Position numbers and translations under genes: made by a program. This document shows positions 51,417-63,796 of a DNA stretch of 64,000 bases, one piece after another; positions within the stretch are counted from its first letter, which is position 1, and each line of letters starts with the position of its first letter. Source of the DNA: Eledone cirrhosa (Eukaryota); contig OZ024742.1 in NCBI GenBank assembly GCA_964016885.1, positions 1,178,001-1,242,000 of the forward strand, given 5' to 3'. Under the pieces are notes generated by a model, which saw nothing but the letters and a program-made list of their open reading frames with translations, ran no database searches and was not told the origin of the DNA.

Positions 51417-52569
51417 GTGTATGTTTTAGAGATATGGTAACAGATTAAATAATCGTAATGGGTGGTATATTACTGTTGGCTGGAGGAGAGAGAATTATAG
51501 AAGATATATGAAACAGCAACAACGGGGGGGGGGGGCAATGACAACAGCAGGGGGGACAATGACAATAACAGAGGGGGAGGGCAGCAACAACAACAATATG
51601 TATTTAAGATGTAGAGCCAAGGGGTTGTAATTGCAGGGGATTAAGTTTCTGGTGGGATTTGGAAAGGAAAGGAAAGTGAGAGGAAGGAGAGATTGGAGTG
51701 GGAGAGTAAGGTAGAGAAATATAGGGAGGACAGAGAGAGAGGGGGAAGGACAGAGACAGGGGGAGAGGAGGAGGACAGAGAGAAAGGGGGAGAGAAATTA
51801 AAACCTAATTCAATGCAACAAAATAAAGAACTGAAAATTGTGTGAGTGAGTGAGTGAGTGAGTGTGTGTGAGTGAGTGAGTGTGTGTGTGAGTGTGTGTG
51901 TGTGAGTGTGTGTGTGTGAGAGTGTGTGAGTGAGTGAGTGTGAGTGTGTGTGAGTGTGTGTGAGTGTATGTGTGAGTGAGTGAGGAGTGTGTGAGTGAGT
52001 GAGTGTGTGTGTGAGTGAGTGTGTGTGTGAGTGTGTGTGTGAGTTGTGAGTGCATGTGTGTGAGTGTATGTGAGTATGTGTGTCTGGTTATATTTACTCA
52101 ACTGAAGCCACACAAAGGCAGTGCCCCAGCATGGCCCACAATCTAATGACTGAAGCCATTAAATGAAAAACATGAATAAAGGAACATATATATAATTATA
52201 TATTAAGATGTGTGTTTGGTGGGGTGGGGTTATATATATGTAAAGGTGGGGTGCAGTGAATGTAGGTGTGGATATGTGTGGCTGTGTGTGTGTGTGTGTG
52301 GCTATATAGCTATGGACTGTGTGAGTGTGCGTATCATGTGAGTGTGTGTTTGCTAAAAAATGTATAGGTATGTGTATGTATATATATATATATATGTGTA
52401 TTTATATATATATATATATTATATATATATATGCATGTCTTTGTGAGGGAGGAGAGGCAGCTGTGTGTGAACATATGCACACGTGACTTATTACATATGT
52501 GAGGAGGAAGGGAAGGTGCACATGCAAACACACAACATTGTTACTGTGTGTGTGGGGGGGGGGCTAAAA

Positions 52570-52648
<79 letters not shown>

Positions 52649-53599
52649 TTTAAAGCCTCTGTGTAAATCTATACATCATATTGTTAGTATATGTGTGTGT
52701 GTCCTGGTTTTAAGCAGCTGGCTGTTAGCACACACACACAACCTCTCCCTCTACCACCATATTGTTTAGATTCTAAGTTACTGGTCCAACTTAAATCCTC
52801 TCAACCAACCACATAGATCAGGTCAGGTGAGGACATATTAGAGAGACAGACAGACAGATGAACAGAGAGGGTGTGAGAGAGAGAGGGGGGAGATAGACAG
52901 ATATAGAACCAAGTCACAGTTTTTTTTTTATTTAGATGAAAAGATGCAGGATTTGAACTCAAAACATTCAGATCCAGAAGAAATACAACATGACATCCTG
53001 TCCATTGCTCTAACTCCAGTATAGACTGATACTTTATAAACCTTGGAAAGATGAAAAATAAAACTGACATTGGCAGGATTTGAACTCAAACACCTCATAT
53101 CTATTCCTGATTTCTGTGTTCTAATTCAACACTAATAGTTCCCCCTGTGGTATAGTGAGTACAGTACTGGTGCCATGACACTAACACCCAGCCCACCCTG
53201 TCAAGTGATGGTACTGGTGCCACAACAAAAAGTACCCAGTCCCCCCTCCCCCTGTAAGATGGTCATACTGGTGCTACAACAAAAAAGTACCCAGTCCACC
53301 TTGTAAGATGGTCATACCGGTGCTACAACAAAAAGTACTCTTTATTTTGATTTTTTACCTTTCTCTAGCAATAATAATTGACATTATGAATACATTTCAC
53401 ATTTCAGTGAAAGAAAGACTTACATTTCACTATCTTCTTAATCCACCCCCAAAATATATCTGATTATGTAAACCACTCCTTCATGATGACAAATTACAAA
53501 AATGACATGATATAAGGGTGGAGAGGTGGGTGTAGGTGAATCAGTGGAGTAAGGCCATAAAGAAGGTGTGCTGACATCTAGGTTTAACTGGCTCCCTAC

Positions 53600-53990
53600 A
53601 AGGCTGCATCTTAAAGAAAATGTTTTGTGTGTTGGGTATTTTAATGCTCAGAGCTCCCTATCCTGTTTAGACAGAGTTCAGAGCTTCTTGTGTAACCTTG
53701 TTAGAGATGAGCTCTTCTCAGCTCTCCAGGCATTCTCTCACAGACATGACATTGCTCTCCAGGCATTTCTCTATTGATGAACTTATCTCTCTAGTACCTA
53801 AAACCCAGACTTTCTCCACTAGGACCTGTCATGTTAAGTCCATTGAGGCACCATCCAAGATTGGTTTGTATTCCTAACATCTGACTTAAGTTTCACAGAA
53901 ACAGTTTCATTCCTAGAACCACAGAGATGTGGAACAAACTACCTAGGGATTACTTTCCTTGTGGCTACAACATTGACCTTTTTAAAGAAA
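53600..53990 (+). mobile_element. Degenerate CR1/Jockey-type LINE 3' ORF remnant
   Basis: CLDRVQ...LVRDELFSALQAFSHRHDIA...FY, and later NSFIPRTTEMWNKLP, typical of LINE ORF2 C-termini. Confidence 0.6.
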
Positions 53991-55653
53991 AGAATACCTC
54001 ACTATCATAATTTCATCCCAGCTGACAGTTCATCATTTTCTCACTTATATCAATCACCCTTCCATTTCCCCTCATCCTTTCCTGGTTTTCATCCCTAACC
54101 TTGAGTGGCTTAAAGTCTTCTTATGTAGTGACTGGGTGTGTGTTTGTTCACCAGTACAACTACTTTACTGGATGGACTGGGCACTTTTTGTTGTGTCATC
54201 CAGTCATGTAACTCACAACCTTGAGTGGCTTTAAAACCTTGTAATGTGGTGACCTTTTAAAAACATTAAGAAAACAAGGTAGAGTTACTAGTCCTATCTT
54301 GAAAAGAAATGGTGTTGATCAAGAAAACAGTATGCTACATTACTGCGGAATCAAACACTGTGATATGATCACAAGTCAAACACCCTAACCACTAAGGCAA
54401 GCACCATTACTCTTACTGAGAATTAAAGTAAAATATATTCATTTCAGTGCAATGTACTTATAAACAGTAATTTGACCTCGTATTTATATTTTACAGGTCA
54501 TAGTTGTTTGGCATGTAGTTTGATTTCAGGCTGTGGCTATAGAAAGTAATGAAGGAACTGTGTCAGTGACCAGGTGACAAATATGTTGACACCAACAAAT
54601 ACATGATAAATCTAAAGTGAATTTCTGTTTGGTTTATTTCAAGGGTGAAATATAATTGCTACATGAAGCAACATCATCATCATCATCATTTTACAACCAA
54701 AATGAAATTTCAAAGTCACTGACACTTTTCTACTTAGAAAATATAATTTACTCTCTAAACACCAGTATTGCGTGCTTAACCTGTTAATGTATGAACATTT
54801 TAAATACTATTGTATTTTAAACACACAATCTAGTATACGGAAGCTGAAACTACTTGGTGCCATGGTCGGGATTATATGTATATATATATATACACGCACA
54901 CACACACGTGTGTGTGTATATGTGTGTTTGTACACACATACATATAATATGTCCATTTTTCCATGGTCTTGTACTTGTTTGGCAAGTGAGTTGATCTGAA
55001 AAAACCTATCTTGAAACTAAATCAATTAAATCATGGAAGAATGATTTTAGCTCTTTATAAAACACACAAAAAACTGTTATATTCCCTTTTTATATATTTT
55101 AGGGTGTCAAAAGTTTCATGGCAGCTCTGCATCATGGCGTGGGATGCTACAGTCTGGTGAGAATCTCTGATTAGGACAGCCACACTTTCACTTTAAATAT
55201 AGAAAGTTATTGTAATCTGCCTTTCATCATTATGGGGGGGGGGGGGGTCAATAAAATAAAGTAGCAGTAATCTACTGAGGTTGGTGTAATCATTATCCCT
55301 CTTCACCATGCAGCCGTCGTGCTTAAATCAAAAATAGTTATGAAAACTGCCAATAAAGTTGAAGTAGGGTACTAGCCCATAACAAAACCAAAATAATGAA
55401 ATATAAAAGAAATTTGGTAAAGATCAGAAGTGAAATAACAAAACTGGTCTCTAGATGGTGTGGGTTGCTGTTATAATTTCCTGGGTGTAACGAGAGAGTT
55501 TATTGAATTGGAAGGAAACCTTAGAGTTGAATTTTTGTCTGACACACACACCCATATATATAAACATAAATATGCTCACACCCATATATATATTTATATA
55601 CACAAACACACTCACACCCATATATATATTTATATACACAAACACACTCATAC

Positions 55654-55708
<55 letters not shown>

Positions 55709-55771
55709 AACACTCACACCCATATATATATATACACACACACAAACACACTCACACCCATATCATCATTC

Positions 55772-55940
55772 ATCATCATCATCATTTCATTTTACATCCG
55801 CTTTTTCCCTGCTTGCAAGGGTGGGACGGGAACTGATTCTGGCTTGATTTCTACAGCTGGATGCCCTTCCTAACACCAACCTCATTTACAGTGAGGGCTG
55901 GGTGCTTTTTTGCCGTGGCACCTCCACGACCACTTTACAG
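55772..55940 (-). mobile_element. RTE 3'UTR/tail fragment
   Basis: B-type terminus (CATTTTACATCCGCTTTTCCCTGCTTGCAAGGGTGGGACGGG) joined to A-type UTR sequence (GAACTGATTCTGGCTTGATTTCTACAGCTGGATGCCC). Confidence 0.7.
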
Positions 55941-55974
55941 GGGAATGATATGGACCCCAGTCCCTATCATCTCA

Positions 55975-56110
55975 TTTCTACAGCTGAGTAAACTGGAGCA
56001 ATGTGAAATAAAGTATCTTGCTCAAGGAAACAACACATCACCCGGTCTGAGAATTGAACTCACAACCTTTCGATTGCAAGGCCAATGCTCTAACCACTAA
56101 GCCATGTGCC
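55975..56110 (-). mobile_element. tRNA-derived SINE (family 2) head
   Basis: Similar to 44115-44236. Confidence 0.7.
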
Positions 56111-56140
56111 TCTTTGGCACATATATATACACACACACCC

Positions 56141-56201
<61 letters not shown>

Positions 56202-57266
56202 AATCCAGAGAGAGAGAGAGATTACACAGGAACATATATAGATTCCCACATGTATATATATATCCATTTCATTGGTCCTTGAACTTCCCATCGAGTCATA
56301 GGAGCACTGTTGTGACTTACAGCATGTCTTGGACATTTTAAAGCTGGTGGCAACCCATCCCTCTCCACTATATATATATATGTGTGTATGTATATGTGTG
56401 TCTGTGCGTGTGAGTATATGTGTGTATATGCATGTGTGTGTGTATGTATATGTAAATATATCCAATGAAATCTATCAAAGATTGTGTTTGTTGTTAACAA
56501 AAATCTACCATTGAACATTTCAACATCTTGTTTCAATCCCATTGTATGTTGGGGAGGTGAACACTTGACCTTCCTCTGTAAGGAGAGAGGGTGGGGGGGG
56601 GGGGCTCATTAAGACATCTCTCTAGAAGAAGTTCACTCTGATATAAAACCTGCAACTTTGATTGTATCCAATGATGTAGACCAGTTATTTTTGGGTAAAT
56701 GCATTCGATGTTCAGAGAGTGGGATTGACCCTGTGCAAAGCATTTCCTCACTTAAAAAAGCTTTCAGCACAGGCATCGCTTGATATGCAACATTTTTTTG
56801 TAATACATGGTATTGCTGACCATAGGCCAGCAATACCATAGGCAAGACTAAAACGCCAGATCCACGATGCTCATACTTAAGTTGCAGCCATCATCATCAT
56901 CATATGTGAGTGTATCTATGTATGTATCTGAATGTATGTGTGTATATATATGTATATGTGACACAAAATATGCATACATACACAATGGCATTTATTATAA
57001 GCCATAAGGAAGAGCATCCAGCTGTAGAAGTTATGCCAAAAATGGAAACATGGGAAAGAACTGGTCCTCCCAGAGGAAGTGATAAAAACTCAACCCCAGT
57101 AATTCACTGGTACTTTTTTTATCACCCTCGAAAGAATGAAAGGCAAAGTTGACCTCGACGGGATTTGAACTTAGAAAGCAGAAAACTGGAATTCCACAAA
57201 GCATTCAATCTGACATTCTAACGACTACCTACTCACTGTGTATATATGTATATATGGGTGTATATA

Positions 57267-57853
57267 ACGAAGGACCGTGACAAGTGAAGAGATGCTGTGC
57301 TGAATATGACCCGTCCAACCCTTGCAAGCAGAGAAAAGCGGACGTAAAATGATGATATGATATATCATCATCATTTTACGTCCTTCGTCATCTCCACCAT
57401 GAGCTTCAGCGATCTGAGGTCTGTTCTCACCACCCCCGTCCATGTTTTTCGTAGTCTACCACGTCTTCCTTCAACTGGCATTTCCTGGCACTTCTTTACC
57501 CCTCAGTCATCCTCCATGCGCATCACATGTCCATACCACCACAGTCTCCTCTCTCGCACACTACATTCTATCCCTCTCAGACACAATTTCTTTCTCAACA
57601 CATTCATGCTCGGTCGTTCACACACATTGATACTGCACATCCAACGGAGCATGCTTGCCTCATTTCTCTTCAGCCGTCGCATATCCTCTGCAGTTGTTGC
57701 CCATGTCTCACTGCCATGCAGCATCGCACTCCTCACACAGGCATCATATAACCGGCCTTTCGTACGCAGGGAGAAACCCTTCTTCGTCAGCAAAGGAAGC
57801 AGCTCCCTAAACTTCTTCCAACCCATCCTTATTCTAGATACTATGGCCTCGGA
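57267..57853. mobile_element. Rearranged RTE subfamily B 3' fragment: plus-strand terminus (57267-57356) tail-to-tail with a minus-strand body (57364-57853)
   Basis: ORF 57503-57889 reads RMGWKKFRELLPLL...WYGHVMRMEDD. Matches 19021-19847. Confidence 0.88.
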
Positions 57854-58298
57854 TATATATACATACATATATGCTAAATTTGACTTCAAGATTTAAAAAG
57901 ACAGAAAACACAAAGACAGTGTCACAGTTTTGTCAGTAAAACTGGGTTGTGATTTTTAGAAGAGAAAACAGAGGAAGTTAGGAAAAAAGATGAGAGAATT
58001 GCTAAGAGAGTGTGAGAGGGGGAAGTAGGAAATTGAATGAAGTAAATGGTGTTTATTGTGTATTATTGTGAGACTTATTCTGTAAAATATATTGATTTTT
58101 GTTGTGTTATTTACAAGATGAGAGAGGGAGTGGAGTAGTAGGAGAGACAGTACAGAGTTGATTGAACTATAGGGGAAGACAGCAGACAACAGAGACTGGC
58201 AAATACAGTTAGCTGTATATATCTTGGTGTGTGTATGTGTGTATATGTTTGTATGTGCTTCTATACATATGTAATGGCATACAAAATAGAAAAAGATA

Positions 58299-58334
<36 letters not shown>

Positions 58335-58351
58335 TATATATATACAGACAC

Positions 58352-58384
<33 letters not shown>

Positions 58385-58418
58385 TATATATGTTTGGTCT
58401 TACAAAGAGGAGAAATAG

Positions 58419-58490
58419 AACTGTAAACAAACTGTGTGCATGTATATGTATATATATATATACATATACATGCACACAGTTTGTTTACAG

Positions 58491-58492
<2 letters not shown>
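58419..58492. repeat. 74-bp perfect palindrome centred on (TA)n
   Basis: AACTGTAAACAAACTGTGTGCATGTATATGTA-TATATATATA-TACATATACATGCACACAGTTTGTTTACAGTT. Confidence 0.95.
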
Positions 58493-58532
<40 letters not shown>

Positions 58533-59295
58533 GTAATCTGAGTTTTTCAAATATTAATAATAACATTCGATTTATTTGCAATTATGCAAACAAGCCTCAT
58601 TTTTAAAACCATGTCAATTGAATGAACCCTTCATTCTTGCTCTTGTGTTGGCATCTAAACAGAACTGCACACACATATATATATATATATAGATATATAT
58701 ATATATTTAAAAGTTAAACAAGGTTCAATGAATAAATTAAAGAATTAGTTTTACAATAGATTGGAACGGTCAACCGGATACATTTGGATAGTATATATAA
58801 CTAATTAACTAAGGAAATTAACCTTTATTAATTACACCCAGTTATATTTAAGATTTAGATTGATGAATATTTCTAGATAATTCAATAATTCAAAGATTCG
58901 AGTTTACTCTATCGCATAGCTATGCCCAAATGTATAGTTATGTATAGATATATATAATTCATCCCTCCCTATAATTATTCCTCTTTGTCTCCCTTTCCTT
59001 GATCAATTCTCTTTTGCTCTCTATACCTCTACTAGCTATATTTTCCCCTCATCTGTTTTCTCTCTGGTTTTTTTTTTTTCTTTCCTCTTTCTTCAATAAT
59101 TATTTGAATCTCTAACAGTTATGTTAATTACTGTTATGTATTTTTAAGCTTTCTTACACGCACCCTCTGTATTATATGTAAGTTTTTTCATGTCTCAATC
59201 TTAAGGTATATAAATATTGAGTTTTGTCATATCTTACTCACTACCATGACTGGATCTTAACCATCTACTCTGTCAGGGTATGTCATGCATCATCT

Positions 59296-59362
59296 TATTT
59301 TATCTGATGAGGACGTACTGTTGAAGTTAGCTCAGTACCTCTGAAATATGTATAATAAAATA
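59296..59362 (+). ncRNA. Type I hammerhead ribozyme motif
   Basis: TATTTTAT-CTGATGA-GGAcGTACTG(12 nt)CAGTACcTCT-GAAA-TATGTA-TA-ATAAAATA. Stem I is 8 bp; stem II is 10 bp with one mismatch. Confidence 0.7.
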
Positions 59363-59436
59363 TACTTGATCACAAGAAGTTCTATTTTTGTTAATATTTT
59401 GAATTAATATATATATATATATATATATATATAATA

Positions 59437-59756
59437 ATTGAATATAAAAGAAAGATAAACACAGATATATACATATATGTGTTCAAATCGTAAGAGACCA
59501 GATTTGCTAAGGTGAAAAGAATACTAACTTAGACAATAGGGTTTGCCAGACTCAATTTAAGAATAAATCAAAATGGTAACTACCAATGGTAACTATCACA
59601 ATTCCGGTTTGTATTTAATTTCTTTATTTATTCTTAAATTGAGTCTGGCAAACCCTATTGTCCATAGTTAGTATTCTTTTCACCTTAGCAAATCTGGTGC
59701 CTTACGATTTGAACACATATGTATATATCTGTGTTTATCTTTCTTTTATATTCAAT
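59437..59756. repeat. Long inverted repeat, arms ~132 bp, 57-bp spacer
   Basis: 59437-59568 is the reverse complement of 59626-59756, with a few mismatches. Confidence 0.92.
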
Positions 59757-59844
59757 CATAATATACGGCTCGGAAAAATCTCTCTCCTAGAGCTATTTTA
59801 TTGTAAGAGACTATTTTGAGTTTCTAACTCAATATATACCTTTG

Positions 59845-59875
<31 letters not shown>

Positions 59876-60624
59876 TTAGCCAGGAAGTTACTATGACTCA
59901 AGGGCTACTGTTTCATGCTAATGCAGTGATATTTGTATTAGCACAAAACTCTAGATCCTTGAGTCACAGTAAGTCTGGGCGCATATATATATATATATAT
60001 ATATATACATACACACACACCCATATAGTTTCCGTGACAGTTTTGGGATTGTGGGGAGGGGCTGTAAAAGTGTATTATTATTATCTAATGCTTTTTTTAT
60101 TACTGATATGGCATGCCCACAAAGTCAGAAAACAGTACAGTTCCCATGACTTTTGGAAACATTTTTTTACGCTCAGAGTTGCTGAAGCATGAAACAAACT
60201 ACCTGCATCGGTTGTTAGCTGTCGAGACATTGCATCCTTTAAGGCCTCCATGCTTCCCGAGATTCGCCAACACTACACCTAATGTTCCCCCTCCATACAC
60301 ATACACACATGTATACCATGACTCATACACTATTCACTTCCCTGACATTTGTGTATTATTCTATGTACTATACATGCACCTTTGACGAGTTGTAGTGCAC
60401 CTGAGCACTTTACACAATAATTTCATTATTATTATTATGAAACTAAGAAAGAAATTAAGACATGATCATACATATTGAGTGTCAGAAAATTAGTGTAGTA
60501 AAAAGCAAAGCACAAGTATATTGAAACAAATTGGAGGGGCTTAAGCCCCAAAAGCCCTGAGTGCCGGAAAGCTTGTTATATGTGTGTGTGTAATGAGAGG
60601 GTAAATAAATGATTGTAAATACTA

Positions 60625-61075
60625 TGGTTAGTGCCAGAGCTGGGTACCATTGATACTGTCTTCCTAGGGCGATAACTACAAGACTAGCAGAGAAATCCTT
60701 ACCAAATGGCAAACCATTATATACCAACCTCCGCTTGTTTATTATAGCTCTCTAGGCCATAATAGAAACAGTTTAAGACTAGCTGTCCATGGGAACAACT
60801 CCTGCAAGCCAATGGCCTAGTTCTCATAGCTGAATATGTTGTAGATTTAGAGAAGAAATGCCAAACACTAGCATGAAAAGGTTTCAAAGTAAACATAGCA
60901 AAGTGTCTTAGCTGACAGGAGTCTACTGCTATCAGAGAAGTGGCTAGCTACAATATGTAGATTTGGTAAGAATTCCATACAGAGTGCTCAATGTAAACTA
61001 CAGGGTGCACAAAAGTTGTTGTGAGATCACAGGCAGGTTGATAATGAAGATTTGTTTCTTCATATAACAGATGCA
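60625..61075 (+). mobile_element. Old, internally deleted RTE LINE fragment
   Basis: PELGTIDTVFLGR*LQ..EKSLPNGKPLY, LFIIAL, CPWE, and remnants of the Cys finger. Confidence 0.7.
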
Positions 61076-61084
61076 TAAGAGTAA

Positions 61085-61280
61085 TTAACATGACTTAGTG
61101 GTTAGACAATTGAATTTGCAATTGTAAGGTTGTGAGTTTCATTCCCGGATCTGACTATGTGTTATCTCTTTGAGCAAGACAATTTATTTCACATTGCTCT
61201 TTCTAACAGGAGTTGCAACTAGTAGATGGTATCAGCAATGGAAAGACCAATGGAAACATTGTTTCCTTGGTCTGATTTCA
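61085..61280 (+). mobile_element. tRNA-derived SINE (family 2)
   Basis: TGACTTAGTGG...GAGTTTCATTCCC...TTGAGCAAGACAATTTATTTCACATTGCTC. Inverted homologue of 44040-44236. Confidence 0.7.
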
Positions 61281-61429
61281 GAAGTTCTAACACCACTCAG
61301 TAAGCAAATGAGGTCTGGGAACTTGTCATTTGTTTAAAAGATTTAAAAAAAGGAAGACTACCCATTAAATAAATTTCTTCAAATGCTCAGTTGATTCTGT
61401 AGAAATAATTGGCAATTCCTGTTACGTAG

Positions 61430-61532
61430 GTGACAGATTGGGGGTGGCTTCTCGTGACAGAGTGGAGGTAGGTTCTCGTGACAGAGTGGAGGTAGGTTCT
61501 CATGACAGAGTGGGGGTGGCTTCTCATGACAT
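61430..61532. repeat. 24-bp minisatellite GTGACAGAGTGGAGGTAGGTTCTC
   Basis: About 4 copies. Confidence 0.8.
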
Positions 61533-62292
61533 ATTGTAGCCAGGGTAAGAATGGTATGGAGCAACTTCAGGATGCTATTACCTCTGTAGAGACTCTTTTA
61601 TTGGCTCATAGAATCTCAAAGTGTGTTGGGCTTAAACACAGAATACAGCTGGTTGATAGTAAAAACTGCAATGGAGTATTGAATCTGGCATTTCACTGAT
61701 GTTGAACTGTTGGTTTTGTGATTGATGAGAGAGCGAGAGAGAGAGATGGGGGAGAGAGAGGAATAAAGATAGAAAAAGACAGAGAAACAGACAGATACAT
61801 GGAGAAAGACAAAGAGAGAGAGGGGTGAGAGAGGGGGTGGGGGAAAAGAGAGAAAGAGAGAGAGGGGTGAGAGAGAGAGAGAGAGGGGTGGGAAAGAGAG
61901 AGAGAGAGAGGGGTGGGAAAGAGAGAGAGAGAGAGTGTGTGTGTGTGCTGAACGTCTTATAGTTTCACAGACCTTGATAACTGAATGACATTTTTTCAAG
62001 ATATGAAACTAATGAGTCATCTCTCACCCAAGTCTACAGTTGATAAATCTACAACTGGCTTGGACAGATTTCATATCTCTCTTTTTGGTTGGTCGTGTGT
62101 CTGTGTGTGTGTGTGTCTGTCTGTCTGTGTCGCATGTGTGTGTCTGTGTGTGTAATGCATGCACACACATATATATATATATACTTGAGGGCAACCAGCT
62201 AAAGTGGAAGATGCTAGATGGTCGGTCGTCCTCGGGTCTATGATTTTCAGCCCCGTGGATTTTATCTGTTACATTCATTTATTATATTTCGA

Positions 62293-62350
62293 ATACCTGA
62301 TGATATCACTGGATTCATACGGAACCCGGTCATTGAAATGATCATAGTAT
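62293..62350 (+). ncRNA. Minimal type I hammerhead ribozyme motif with palindromic stem/loop III
   Basis: ATAC-CTGATGA-t-ATCACTGGATTC(atacg)GAACCCGGTCAT-t-GAAA-TGATCA-TA-GTAT, followed by AATAAA. Confidence 0.65.
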
Positions 62351-62569
62351 AATAAACCTTTCAAGGATTTACACCAGTCCAGCCTCCTGTTATTTTATTA
62401 TAATATTTAACACCGTACTCGCACCACCAACTACACAAACGAAGACGGTTGAGCTGCTTTACGTTGAGTACTCTCTATATTATTACATTACGATTGACCA
62501 TATGGAATGACCAGCTCTATCCAGTGGTGAACCTTCAAACCTAAATATATATATATATAGTAATAATAA

Positions 62570-62748
62570 TTGTTTCTACTTTTGGCACAAGGCCAACAAT
62601 TAACCAGTACATTACTGGTACTTTATTTTATCGACCCCGTAAGGGTGAAAGGCAAAGTTGACCTCGGCGGGATTTGAACTCAGAAGGGAAAGGGCCGTAA
62701 CTCTATGCGTCAAAGCATGACGTCTGCCCCTCTACCGATACTGCCAAT
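62570..62748 (-). mobile_element. tRNA-derived SINE (family 1)
   Basis: Close copy of 42720-42907. Confidence 0.75.
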
Positions 62749-62870
62749 AATAATAATAAATGTGAAGACTAAATTCTTTACTTAAACTTTAATCTGTTAT
62801 TTTAATAAATATATATTATATTATATATATATTATATATATATATTATATATATATATTATATATATATA

Positions 62871-63770
62871 CTAGCATCGCTCGGGGTCAGTAAGTTACCA
62901 AAGTTAGGTTGCACCATCCATTTTATGGCAGCACTTTTTTGTCTGCCAGGCACTGGGTGAATGAATTGCAGACCTGGACTGCCGAAGCAGGAGCTGCACC
63001 AGCAGTGACAATTGTAGTTTCACCTATGGATATTATCTCTGTGCAAAGAAGTGTTGAAATGTATTGTTTCACAGTACTTGCGCAACACGCGCGTAGACGA
63101 TGCCAGCCGAACAACAGAGCTGCGATGGAGTTGTTCTGCATGGTTGTCTAATGTGTGTTTTCTAAATTTAAGACAGTAGGGAGGGGTGTGATATGGGGGA
63201 GAGTTAGCTGCTGTTTCTAGCAGGTTTAGTGACCTCATAGACGATATTATTGTGTATAGTAAATAAACGGATACTTCTTTCTTCCACGTTCGTTGAGAGA
63301 TGTTTTAAAAAAGATTTATTGCTATTTTTTGTTGTTGTTTAATAAATTTATCTGTTGCTATTGAGTAATTGTTGCTTCGTATGAAATGTAATAAGTTCTC
63401 TTCGTTGTCATTGAAGTAAATAAATGTTTGACCGTTCCACACAAAAACAAACATTCTCTCTCTCTCTCTCTCACTCCATTTTTTTCTCTTCTTTTTTCAG
63501 CGTTCCTAAAGGAAGTTTGTAAGGCGGGGGTTTAAGCATATATAAGAGAAAGTTGCAGCATGTATGTAGTTTTATCGAATTTTAAGGGTTGTAGAGAGAG
63601 GCATCAGATTGTATTAGAGGGGTAAAGCGTCATGTACTTAGTATTATCGATATTTCCATAATTGTGGGTGAGTTGGAAAAAGATAAATAGTTGTTGACCT
63701 AAGTTAAACCATTTACAATATTCATACAGACTGAGTTGAATCGGTTTGAAATTGTGCAAATGTATAAACA
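62871..63770 (-). mobile_element. Possible Helitron derivative with a decayed Pif1-helicase remnant
   Basis: 3' CTAG|T terminus abutting (TA)n. The minus-strand peptide LNLLETAANSPPYH...LK resembles Helitron helicase 'LNSL..SGLPPH.LKLK'. The 5' boundary is uncertain. Confidence 0.4.
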
Positions 63771-63796
63771 CACCACCACCAGCAGCATCACAAACC

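Noticed and set aside
56633-56890. Possible upstream Myo9 exon or other gene fragment
   Set aside because: No recognisable homology or clear splice pair, so it cannot be supported.
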